Source: Takakia lepidozioides (Eukaryota > Plantae > Bryophyta). From it: DNA of 64,000 nt. The stretch spans positions 66,278,001 through 66,342,000 of the forward strand of contig CM060733.1 of assembly GCA_030704615.1 (NCBI GenBank), written 5' to 3'. Below, piece by piece: positions 38,201 to 49,859 of the stretch. The position numbers and the translations under genes were made by a program. The notes beneath the pieces are model-generated. The model saw only the letters and a program-made list of their open reading frames with translations, was not told the DNA's origin and did not search any database. The number at the start of each line of letters is the position of its first letter. Position 1 is the stretch's first letter.

Positions 38201-38804
38201 CTTTCCACAAGGTGACCAGGTAGAGAACCTGCTGCGGCTTATGGTTTGGAATACTAGGTTCATAACATAGCCTGCACCTGCACTTGCATCCACCGCAAGC
38301 ACTCCTATGGTTGGCTGGTCATCACCTCCAACCTCACCACAGGAGAACAATGATGGTCTGACTAGTCATCACCCCAGCCTCACCATCGATAGTACGCTCT
38401 AGGACAGGCTGATGATCAAATCCGGACCAATCACCTATAAAAGCAAGCGCCCACACAAAACTAACATGGTGCACAGTCAAGCATGCAGGTGTGGAAGGGA
38501 TCCAAACACAAGAAATCAGAACAACAACTCCCCCATACCAAAGACAACTCCACGGTGTCGCTCCTGCAACGACACCCCAGCCAAACCCGGACTAACTCTT
38601 GCCTCCACCTACGGAAAGGTCTTGGCCTAATGAGAGGGTGGAAAACTACGAGGAAGAGAAGTTAAAGCAATGCCTAACCCCATCATGCCCTCATCCCAAC
38701 ACTCTTCATCTCCTATCTTCCCTCACTTGCATGATCATGGGAATATCATGAAGATACTCCTCAAACCGCCCTCCACGAGCTCCTGAAATTCGGCCTTCAA
38801 AGGT

Positions 38805-39118
38805 CACAACCCGTCACAGCCCCACAGGCCACAGCCTGTCACAGCCCCACACAGGCCACAGGTCACAGCCGTCACAGCCCCACACAGGCCACAGGTCACA
38901 GCCATCACAGCCCCACAGGTCACAGCCATCACAGCCCCACAGGCCACAGCCCTCACAACCCATCATAGGCCACAGGTCACAACGGTCACAGCCCCACAGG
39001 CCACAACCCGTCACAGCCTGTCACTACCCGTCACAGCCCCACAGGTCACAGCCATCACAGCCCATCACAGCCCCACAGGCAACAGCCGTCACAGCCCATC
39101 ACAGCCCATCACAGCCCC
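38805..39118. repeat. CACAGCC/CACAGG microsatellite in the leader of copy 1
   Basis: Directly visible. Confidence 0.9.
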
Positions 39119-40472
39119 CTCCATGGCCGCTCATGGCAGTTTAGCCATTTCTTTAAGGGGTTTAGCCACACCAAGCTAGGGTTTGTATCTCCTTGAACTC
39201 TAGGTTTTTTTGCACCGAGCTATGGCGGCTGTGAGGAAATCAGCAAGGTATTCTTGCTCTCTTTGGCTCCCACACACCACCAATAGTAGCTCTAAGTCAT
39301 GAGGAAGATGCTTGCCACAATCCAAGCCCTTTTTCTCACTTAAACTCCCCCAAACACGCCACTCAAGACCGTGACAAGCAACCATGCCTTGCTGGTTTCT
39401 AGCCCTTGTAAGCACTACTTCATGCACTCTCCTTAGCCATAACATGTATCTTAGAGCCTATTCCAGCCCCCTACACCTGCCGCTTCAAGAGCCATGCTCT
39501 ATCTAGGCTTGTAGTTGAAAACCCAACTCAAAACACGCTCTACAAGTGCCGGACTGTCACCTAAGAGCAAATCAGCCCCTTACCTTCCCTTCTAGCTCTC
39601 CATAGCTTAAAGATGGCGGCTTAACTAGGCTGAATGCATGCTCCATACATGCACTACTCCCACATAAGAGAAATCAGCCCTTCCCTTTTCCTTGCTTGCT
39701 CTCCAAGCTTGAAGATAAAAGCTTCAATGGGTTGAATGCATGCTCCACACATGCATCCCCTTCACACAAGAGGTAATATCAGCCCCCTATCTTGGCTCCT
39801 TGGCTCCTTGATGCTCTCTAAAACAAGACTAAGCACTCCACAACCTTTGCCAAGCTCTTGAAACCCTAAGGCTTACATTTCTAGCCATAAGACACTCCTC
39901 TTGTGGTGCAAGAGCTCTTCTTCCAAGCTCTGAAACCCTAGGTGCACATTCCATGGCCTTGCCGCACCTCTTAGCTCATGTTCCAGCCCTGCTCTTGCCA
40001 TGACAAGAGCCCTCTCAATGCTGAAGCTCGAGATTGAAACCCAATCTCAACATACTCCACCAAGTGCACTGATTTTCCCCAAGCCAAATCAGCCCTTTCG
40101 CTTGGTCTTGCAATCCTTCACACAATGAAAGCTCGCATTCCCAAGGCCAGTTCTCAGCTTTACCACCAAAGCCACTATAACCTGCTCTCGACTGATCCTC
40201 TTCCCAATCGTGCTTGCTCATGCATGTACACAATCTGAAACCATCAAGGTGCTCTGGAATTACCTGCAACATGGTGCTTTCATCTCTGAAGCTGAAGATC
40301 GAATGCCAAGGTCTACCACCTCGTAACCCATATCGCCTCTGCTCCTAACAACCAAAAGCTCCACGGTGCTCCTTGCATAACAACCTGGTTTATCTCATTT
40401 TCAAGCAAAAACCACAAGTGCTACAACTAACTCGTATTTGGCACTCATAGATACGAGCTCATCTTTCTCGAG

Positions 40473-40776
40473 TGATAAAGAAGAAGAATACAAGCTCTCT
40501 CGAGCTCACAAACTTTGCACATGACATCATCACTCATATAAAGTCAAACCAAGTACACCCCATGCTATGGGGAATCCATACGACGGCGCCATAGCTAGGC
40601 GCGGTGAGGCTTAGCTCGAGAAAGATGAGCCTCCCGCGCTTGTCGTGAAGATAACCACTCCAGGGCCTAAATCTGCCTTGACCCCTGGATTGACACTTGG
40701 GCCAATCCCAAATATCAATATGTAAAAACTAGCTATTTCCTAGCTAGTTTCACACTAGTGGTGAAATAACTTGACA
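40473..40776 (-). repeat. Terminal repeat B of copy 1
   Basis: Homologous to 58920-59236 and 47482-47798; ends ...AATAACTTGACA followed by unrelated DNA. Confidence 0.9.
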
Positions 40777-42689
40777 ATATTTACTCTGGTCAGCTGTTGC
40801 CCATGATCCTAAATGGGCGAGTTGGGAGAAAGAATGATTTGTGCACCTAGCCAATATCTGGGAGCAAGGAAGTTCCATTCCCACCCCTCTCATTGTTTCA
40901 GCTCTTGGGACATGCTGCTGCAGAACCTCTTGGTCGTTTATTACTTCCCAGATTCCCCTCTACATTCGGTCCTTGCTGTAAAATGATAATAGGGACTGGA
41001 CCCTGCCTGCCTGGTTTGGTAGCAGTGAGGAGAACTTTGGTAGAGTTTTGCTAGGCCTCGCTGACAAGCCCTGGCCGCGCGCGGCCAGGGCGACGACATA
41101 CTAGCCTAGTGGGGTCGTGGTAAGTTGCGGTGTAGGTTGGGCTCAATGAACCGCCTACCCGGCTGCGGTTAGTGCAGGGTTTGCGGAATGTATGGGGGCC
41201 TAAACTATCGTTTCTAATTTCCTACCGACAAAGAGGAGCTCGGATGCCCCCCCTCTACAGGGCGATTTGTGTGTCCTAGTTCTACGGTTTGTTTATGGTT
41301 TTCTAAGATTTAAAACGTAACTGCCTTCCAAGTCTTGTTTATTGCTACTTCCTACCGCCTAAATCCCCGAGACGCTAATAGCCAGGGTATTCCATTCCCC
41401 CTTCACAAAGCGTGTCCTGAATTTAGGGAGGAGGGGACCCGTGTCCCTCTTCCACTGCCCCTCCTTCGCTCGGGTGCTTGAGTTTAAGACACCCCGTTGG
41501 AAGGGCTAAGTTCTTTCTACCTTCTCAAGCTTCCTTTAGCTTTGGGGATAAGGGGCCACTCTTAGGCCATTCAATAAGTTAGCAAGTTAATAAGTTCACT
41601 CTTTAATCTCCTAATTACTCCAAGTTCCAACAATTCAAAAAGTTCACACAAAAAAATCAGCCAAAGCTTTAATGCTTCATTCCACCTACTATGGTGTCAA
41701 GCCTTTGTGGCTATTCATATCGTGGGGCTTACCCAACTCAAATGTGAGCAACAAAACAAATCATAGTGAACTCAGAGTTCAAATCACCTCATCAAGAGGG
41801 CTAGTTTTCTGTGAAACAATTTCAACTTCAAGTCATAACTTGGAAAATAATTCAATGCAAATGCATGAATGGCAAGTGAGTGGAGTGTCAACCTGCTTTG
41901 TGGGAGGTGATGCTCTAACAACTCGTGCAATGGTACTCTATGCGGCCCTCAACGGTACTCGTCACTAGGTCCGAGTCTCCCTTTCCCCACACGAGATTGC
42001 ACAACCTCCTTGATCAAATTCAAAAGGGCCTCAAGGCCAATCACATGGACTAGGCTCCTTGCCTTAATCCTCTAACAATCCTCCTACACTAGGGAGCTTC
42101 AAGCTCCACTCCCTAGGACTCCTCAAGCAATTCTAGCAAAACAACACAACATGAAGCAAGAGGAAAACTATGCAATGGAACTAGGTGAAGAACGAGGAGG
42201 GCCTTGCTCTTCTTTTATACTGTTTTTGGGCCTAATAAACTAATGAAAACTATTCATTAAACTATAATAACCTTGAAGGATCTATAGTTTAAAATTCAAA
42301 ATGGATGGAAAGTCTTGAAGGCTAATGAAAACTGGTTTTTCACCCATCCTTGTGGATGACCAGTTGGCGCGAGTTATCATTTCATCCATCCAGCTCCTTA
42401 GGGCGAATCTAGGATTTTTCATCCATCAAAGAAGCAAAAACTCAAATAATCGGCTTCCGTGAGTGTCGTTGACTTGATAATTTAGTGCCATCACTAATCT
42501 CCTCCGTAAATCACCAAACTTGGTGAAAAAATATAATTGACCACCCCATAGATGCCAGCAAAGTTTCAGGGTGATTGGGGATGACCAGCTATTTCAATCG
42601 CCGGTTTTTGCCTTTTTGCCATATCGAAAGTTGTTCCTTCTTGGGAAATAAATAAGTAATGGTGGCCCTGAGGGTCTTTGGCCCTACCA
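40777..42689 (-). mobile_element. Probable long LTR remnant of another family
   Basis: Non-coding, minus TATAAAAG at ~42215, plausible minus start TGGTAGGGCC at 42689; no TSD or partner LTR found. Confidence 0.3.
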
Positions 42690-43169
42690 ATGGGTCATAA
42701 TCTTCCCGGAGTCTTCTCCTACACACTTCGCACCGCTGGAGAGTCAAAGCTTCACTGTGAAGCTACAACATTTTCGCTTTGTCGCGATATTTCATCGCTG
42801 TACGGGTTGTTTCTTCCAATTGCCAAGCTCCTCGCCGTGTGTTCCTACTGGATTTGAAAGGCGGGAGAACAGAGAGATCGCAATCCAGGACTCGAACATG
42901 CGTCCTGTATTGTTCGAACAAGTGCACGTTGCCGTTACTGGTACCGAATTGGCAACCTAATCCGCTGTCGATGCAGCTTCATACGGTCATCTTGACGCCA
43001 GAGCTCTTCTCCATGGTCATCGCAGACACTATCTAAGTTCCTACGTGCTTTACCAACGATTTCCAGATAACTAACAAACTACCCTGTTTTGGCAGTACAA
43101 TGCCGAAACTGCTTGTCTTGAGATAAAAAAACGATCTGAAAAGAAAAATGTACCATTATATGCATCTAC

Positions 43170-43620
43170 AGGGGGGATCGGCGACGGCTCGGGGGATCGC
43201 GCCGTGGATGGGATGAGGGATCGACGGCGGGGGGACCGCCACGTCGCGTGGCAGTCTCATTGGCCCTTCATCCCCTCGTCATCCATCCTCTACGGGGGAG
43301 GATGGTGGGGGATGAGGGACGGACTGACCCACATCATCCATTTAATTGAGGTTGGATGGATGGGCAGGGGATCGACGGTTTGAGGGAGCACCACGTGGAG
43401 GGAGATTGGGGGTGGGGGATCACTCCCCCACTGGACGGGGGATCAACCTAGGGATGAGGGGATCGACAGCGGGGGGGCCGCCACTAGTGGTTGGAGATCG
43501 GGCGGTGGTGGGGGGCGCACGGCTGGGGGATCGACGGTGAGGGAGCGCCAGCGATGGACGAGCGCGTGGGGGACCGACGGAGCATTGGGGGGGGAGGGGT
43601 CAGAGGGGGTGGGGAGGATT
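43170..43620. repeat. G-rich region with GGGGATCGACGG motifs
   Basis: Motif recurs near 43173, 43217, 43367, 43459, 43526. Confidence 0.55.
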
Positions 43621-44269
43621 TGACATGGGACGTCCAGCTCGCCGACGAGGCTGCCGGAGGGGGGCGTTCCCCGGCTGTACCTCGCGGGCCGTACCTGTCA
43701 GCTCACACGCTTGCAATAAAATCAAGCCACATCAATATTGGGACCGTGGGTCGGTAAGGCTATTCGCACATGCACGGAGAGCTGAAGACTGCAACTTCTT
43801 ACGGAGTTCGATGCTTGGGAGAAGGATGACATCCTCTGCACCTGACATTACGACTCGAGAAAGATGATCTCCCCAAGGAATGGAAGTCTGCGTGCAGATG
43901 GTGATGAACAAAAGGTGAATTGGAGGCATCGAAAGTCGTGGCTAGATTTTGGTTCCTCTAAGTAGTCTATGTCTGCTTCTCTCTTGGGGCTTTTTGGCTC
44001 CTTGACTTTCACATGGGCCTTCGTGGCCTTGTTTTTTGGTCATTGGGGGGTATCCCTCTCTACGCTTTACTTCGTGAGGTTATATTTTTTCCTCGCCGTC
44101 TTTTATACTGCAATTTCAGGGCTTCTGTTCCCTATCTTTAACCCTTGACTTCCTGCAAGGTGAATTTTTTCACTCCCAAAAACTACTACCCCTTAGAACT
44201 AATGGGAGGCTACCCACCTACCAGCATTCATCCACAAAGAAACACATACATACCTACTTGACTTGACAA

Positions 44270-44340
44270 CCAGCATGTAGCCCAGTGGTAAGGGCACATA
44301 CCCTCTCATGAGTGGTTGTAGGTTCAATCCACCTGTTGGA
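44270..44340 (+). pseudogene. Degenerate tRNA-like sequence (tRNA pseudogene or SINE head)
   Basis: A box TAGCCCAGTGG, B box GGTTCAATCC, acceptor-like CCAGCA/TGTTGG; anticodon arm does not pair well. Confidence 0.5.
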
Positions 44341-45597
44341 AGTCATTACGGTGTCCACCTTCCCATCGGAAGGCAATAGCCCTATGGGGTCAAGTGACAC
44401 CATAAGTTACGCTTGCTTCGGCAACGTGTCCACCTTTCCTTTCCTACCTGGCCTCTACACCATCTCCCCAAATTTTAGGAATTTTCACCGTTGAGTTTGA
44501 GAGATTATATTGTTTTTTTGGAGACGTTTTCTTTTTTTGGGTTTGAAAAAATCCTTTATTTGCTTTGACCAAGCATGTTAAGGGGCTTTTTGAATTTTCC
44601 AAAGGGCTACCCCAAATTTACATAATGTATAGTACAAATGCAAAGTGCATGCCAAATTTCATATCAAACCAACATTTTACTGCATAGGCTGCTTTGTAGG
44701 TATTTGGTGAGGGTTGACATATTCACCCCTCAAGCCTCAAGCTTTCCTCCAAAACATGTCGTCCCAAAAACCTTACTTGCACAAATGGGCCGTCCGGTGA
44801 GGGGTTGTCAAATTTTAAATAGGATCTATCGGTGAAAACCGAATTTCAAATATGTGGAGTAACATCAAACAGTTTTGGCATCCCGGGCCTAATATGCTTC
44901 AATGGCCCAATGAGGGGGCCCACGTTTCAAGTCAACTCCCCTCCACCCAATAAGTTTCTGACCTAAGTTTCCGACCTTGTCTCTTGAGAAAAGTTTGGAG
45001 GTCACATGCCTGCTCAAAAGGATATGCAATAAATTGGAGCATGTGGGCCACCTCATGCGCTGTAAATGCTCAGAAGGAATGAATGTAAGAAAAACTTCAT
45101 CTACAAAAGTTAGGATGGTTCATTCAAACAGTGCAACTTGAAATGGGTCGCTTAGGAAGTTAAGGATTAAAAGAAAAATAAAAGAGAAAAACAATAAAAG
45201 AGATGTATGTTACCCATCGGCAATCGTTCCGCAGATGGCATCATACACGGAAGGTAAAAAACCCAGACCTACGCAATCCTCCTCAAGCACACCAAGGGTG
45301 TGCCGGTATTAGCACGTGCTCAAAAGAATGAATGAGGATATTGAGTGTCATAACTTCTTTGGGCATGTGTTGTGGTGGCGCTACCATCTTTCCAACACAA
45401 GTTCTCCTTTGTTCGTCCTAAAAATCCGGTTTGGTTAAGCCCGGAGGAGGATACTTATATCACCAAACCCTCCGAATGTCTGGTGGGAGGCTGCTTGTTG
45501 GCATTCCCATCTCTGTCTGTCTGTCTCTTTAGAAGTCTGTTTCTGAATATGCATTATTGTAAATGATACCATTTTTCCATAGTACAATCCGGACCGC

Positions 45598-46296
45598 ATG
45601 CTTTTGACCGACATCGATGGGCCCCCAGCAGTCATGGCTGGCTTTCCGCCAGACAACATTGTGTTGGAGGAAGAGATTGACAAAAATTATGAGTCCACCG
45701 AAGAAGGTGCAGCCCCTGGCTAATATTAAGCTGTTCCAGGCTGGAAAAATTCTGTCATGACAGAATTAGGAAAATCACCAGCCATAGTTGCAAATGTGGA
45801 GGCAGGGTTTGAAATTGTCCTAATTGATTATGTACAAAAATGTATACGTTGGTCTGTGTGGACCTTCCCTCAGTGTAGCCACGATATTCTCAAAGCCAAC
45901 CATCTCATACAACATAATCAAAGCATAGAGCATGTCAGAAATGGGAGGAGGACGGCCAGAAGTATTTCTACAAATATTTGAGGCCGCATATGAGATTTCA
46001 AATTTGTCTGAAAACTGAACGGTCGTTGCATTCATGCAAGTATCGCATTGCAGAATAAAAAGTACATGGGACACTCCAGGCTTAATAGTGTTGTCATTAA
46101 GGTTGAAGCTTTGGACGAAAGAGTTTGTGGCAAGGCCGGGCTGAACCGAATATGTGCTTTATCTTTATATTCTTAAAGATGTCATGCTTATCACAATAAC
46201 TATGGTCCACTAAATGTGGAGTAGTCTTTGATTGCACTTGCCTCCAATTTATGATTATAGAGCTGGTGGAGTATGCAACATGGCTTGGGATGCAAT
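45598..46296 (+). pseudogene. CEP164: CEP164-like N-terminal gene fragment (2 exons), truncated by a LINE
   Basis: Exons 45598/45634-45706 and 46261-~46296 joined by a phase-1 GT-AG intron read MAGFPPDNIVLEEEIDKNYESTEE-E-LVEYATWLGMQ. Confidence 0.65.
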
Positions 46297-47047
46297 CTGT
46301 GGGCAATTTGGAAGTCCAGATGTGCCTGGATTTTTAAGGGTAAATCCCCCAGTCTCAGGTCAATTCTGTTTCATGTGTATATCGACCTAAGGACTGAGGG
46401 GAGGAAAGCCTGGCTGGCTTTGTGTGCAACTCTTCCCCGAGCTTCAGAGCGGCGCAGGATGGAGCTTCTCAAGAGGTTTGATATCTCCTGGTGCAAGAAT
46501 GGCCTCCTCGACACCCGAATTTCCGACACAACAATGCATTGGAAAGACACCTTCCCTCCCCAATGGGAAATCTCCAGTTGATGGGGAGGAATCGGACTTC
46601 AATTGGCGGCATAAGCGTGCTTGCGCTGCAGTGTTTATTGTGAGGTTTACCTTGAGAGAAGGGATTCTAAATCCAGGGCTCACCTTAAGTTTTAGTGTTC
46701 AGCTTTAGTTTTCAGAATCTTCATGGTAGACCTTAGGCTTTGCAGATCTGGATGTAGTTCTGCTTTCTGCTTTCTGCACTTACAGTGCATCTCAACCTTT
46801 CCTGCTTTTCTGTCCCAAACCTTAGTGTTACTCCCTGGAAGACAGCGCGCATCTAGTCTCTCTAGGAACTGCAGTGCTTTATGCTCTTTCAAACAATTCC
46901 ACCTAACTATCTCTTGGTTTCTTGGTCCTTTGGTCACCACTGTAAGCCTTCACGGCCCGGGGTGGTTATATTTTCCACTTCTTTGTACCTTCATCCATCC
47001 ATTTATTCCCAAGGCCACTTTCCCTGTTCTGTAAAAATAAAAATAAT
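46297..47047 (+). mobile_element. 5'-truncated LINE (L1/Tx1-like) 3' end
   Basis: LWAIWKSRCAWIF...RFDISWC resembles ORF2 C-terminus; stop 46581; T-rich UTR; A-rich tail TAAAATAAAAATAA. Confidence 0.7.
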
Positions 47048-47057
47048 GTGGCTCTTA

Positions 47058-47135
47058 GTACACTGATTACGGTGTGTGTGCCTTATGGTGTAATCGGGGT
47101 TTTAATTTTTTCCCAAAAATAATTTATAATAAATC
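47058..47135 (+). repeat. ~80-bp direct repeat also at 59829-59908, part of the host repeat hit by copy 2
   Basis: TACACTGAT...GGGGTTTTAATTTTTTCCC...TAATTTATAATAAAT in both. Confidence 0.7.
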
Positions 47136-47293
47136 ACGTCTACTATGCCTCTCATTGTTGAATAATTGGGAGTTTAAGGCTCACGTGTGCGCCGGGCAGC
47201 GGGCCCCATGCACAGACGTTGGGCGCCCCTAGGTGGCCCCACCGCGACCCATGACCCGGCCCGGGTGAGTCTGCCGCCAGGTATGGTCTACCG

Positions 47294-47480
47294 TGTCGTG
47301 CGCATACATATCGTACACAATTACATATCTGTCCAAAACCACACAACACATGTGCACACCACACACTAGTATACCACTAGTCCACCACTAGTCCAGCCAC
47401 TAGTCCAACCACTAGGCTACAACTAGTCAGTCACTAGGCTGCCACTATGCTGCCCACTATGGCAGTCACTAGTCCACACA
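47294..47480 (-). repeat. Terminal repeat A (outer copy), CCACTAGT-rich
   Basis: Near-identical to 47801-47974 with one extra CCACTAGT unit. Confidence 0.93.
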
Positions 47481-47481
47481 A

Positions 47482-47798
47482 TGATAAAGAAGAAGAATAC
47501 AAGCACGAGCTCACAAATCTGAAGCATAAACTCATGCATATATAACCTCATCACTCAAATACAAGTCAAGCCAAGTGCACCCCACGCCATGGGGAATCCA
47601 CACTACGGCGCCATAGCTAGGCGCGGTGAGGCTCAACTCGAGAAAGATGAGCCTCCCGCGCTTGCCGTGAAGATAACCACTCCAGGGCCTAAATCTGCCT
47701 TGACCCCTGGATTGACACTTGGGCCAATCCCAAATATCAATATGTAAAAGCTAGCTATTTCCTAGCTAGTTTCACACTAGTGGTAAAATAACTTGACA
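47482..47798 (-). repeat. Repeat B (internal 3' copy)
   Basis: About 3 substitutions versus 58920-59236. Confidence 0.95.
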
Positions 47799-47800
47799 GC

Positions 47801-47974
47801 TGTCGTGCGCATACATATCATACACAACTACATCGTTGTCCAAAACTACACAACACATGTGCACACCACACACTAGTATACCACTAGTCCAACCACTAGT
47901 CCAACCACTAGGCTACAACTAGTCAGTCACTAGGCTGCCACTATGCTGCCCACTATGGCAGTCACTAATCCACA
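47801..47974 (-). repeat. Repeat A (inner copy), preceded on minus by PPT-like AGGGGGG (47987-47981)
   Basis: Minus TGTGG...CGACA; joined to B by GC. Confidence 0.93.
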
Positions 47975-48236
47975 TAATCGCCCCCCTAGCTGGTGCTTAG
48001 GTCCCTCTAAGTCCAGATAGCCACAAGATGTGATAGTGACCATAGCCTCACTAAGTCCTCCACCACTATCCCTACTACACTCAAACTCGATAGATCAAGA
48101 GGCCGGGTGCAAGAGTTGCCCCATCGTTAGTCACCGTCTTGCAACCTGTGAACTTGAGCTTGGGATCTCATGTATTGACTCTTATGAGCTTGGCCTCCCA
48201 TGTCTTGTTAGCTGCCTCCAGTCATGTCCACTGTCA

Positions 48237-49813
48237 CTATCCCAAGCAGTGTGGACACAACCAATCTCCGTCAGGAACCTTCTCAAGAGGTGGTGTCAAG
48301 CATCCCATATGCCAACCCCTTGAGCATCGATCACACACCAGCATGGTGGCTGCCCCTTTGGCAGACCCATAGAGCATGCACCTCAAACCTGCAGGTACCA
48401 CTACCAAGTTTGGGTCAACTCTGCCATCGACATTGGGAAGGTGACATGGCGCACAATTACGCACATGGTCCTTCCAAGTCATGCCATCCCGACCCTCCAA
48501 GATCAGGACCCCTGAGGGCAACACCTCTCGAACCCTCAGAATAACACGCCCTGCAGTAACATCCAGAGTCGTAGGAGCAGTCTGCTGAAAATAAACATAG
48601 TCACCAGGGCTAAACCTCCAACCCCCAGGACGATATCCTCCACCACGTATAGTGGCATACCTCAACGTATCACGGTGCTGTGCAATGGCAAGGTTCTCAA
48701 AAGCCATGGGCATGACTTTCTTGAACAACTCTGCACGCTGATCACATGCACGTACCCACACGTCCGGATCGTCAAGGTTAAGGATTTGAGCAGTGTCCCT
48801 ACAAATGGCTGCAGGCAAATCCGGCTCTCGGCCAAAGAGAAGGAAATATGGTGAGAAGGAGGCAAGTGATGCTTGTTTGCTGAACTTGTAGCCCATGGCT
48901 AACCAAGGAACCTGAAGATCCCAATCTCCTAGGTGTCCCTTTGCAAGCCATACTTGCGCAAACCCCTCTTCACCGTCTGAACAACTCTCTCTGCTAAGCC
49001 ATCGGCCTCAGGATGATCCCGAGAAGTGGTGCGGTGGTCTATCAAGGCTTTATCACACAAAGCCTGAAACTCCCCCAAGAACTCTTTCCCTTGGTCCGTG
49101 AGTACCTCAGCTGGAGCACCAAATCGGCTAAGCACACAATCCAAGAATGCATACGCAGCCCCCTCACTAGCCATGTCAGGCAATGGAACCAACTCAATCC
49201 ACTTGGAGAAGTGCTCCACCATCACCAACACATATCTGTGGTGGCGCATAGTCAGTGGCAACGGTCCTGCGAAGTCAAGACTCCACCTGTAGCCCAATCC
49301 CATGATTGGTAAAGGATGCAACTGTGGTGTAGGGGCGTTGAATGAAGCACGCACCCTGTCACACACCATGCACCTAGCCACGAACTGTTGCACCTCTGTA
49401 TGCATACCACGCCACCGATACTGCCCCTGCAGTAAACTGTGAGTGCGTTGCACTCCAAAATGCCCCAACTCCTCATGGGCATGCCGCACTAACCGTGCAC
49501 GCTGTGTGGGGTGAGGCACAATCCTCACCCGACCATCCTCCACACTCGAAGTAGGTGTATCCCCTCACTTGAACCTCTTGGCTCGTTGCAGGATCCGATC
49601 CCTCTCCTTGACAGTCACAGTGGCTGCCGTGTCTCCCGTGCGGAGGTAGTCCAACACAGCCGAATCCTCATGTATATCTCTGGCACCACCTGACTTATCA
49701 CTAGCCTCAGGGTCCTCAGACACTCCGTCTACAGTCATCCCTGTTGTAGGTCCAACCTGACCTTCCGATGCCAAGATACACAAAAATGCAGATGCGTGCC
49801 ATCCCGGCACCAT
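48237..49813 (-). pseudogene. DDE integrase with C-terminal PHD finger
   Basis: HAHEELGH...CMVC; WSLDFAGP; TDQGKEF; GLAERVV; CMLYG...LVCDRCSRGWHMGCLTPPLEKVPDGDWLCPHC; frameshifts. Confidence 0.93.
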
Positions 49814-49859
49814 CTCCTCGTCCGTCTCACCATGCCACCGAGCTCAGTGTCATCCTGCT

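Larger units (their letters stand above)
30548..40776 (-). mobile_element. DNMT-encoding Gypsy-like element, copy 1 (3'-truncated, internally inverted)
   Basis: Homologous throughout to 48025-59236; segment 32616-37452 is on the plus strand. Confidence 0.93.

Noticed and set aside
42757-43100. Possible gene fragment
   Set aside because: No recognisable motif in any frame
48030-48323. Antisense ORF shared with 30553-30783
   Set aside because: Similarity follows from element homology, stop positions differ, and it overlaps the PHD coding strand
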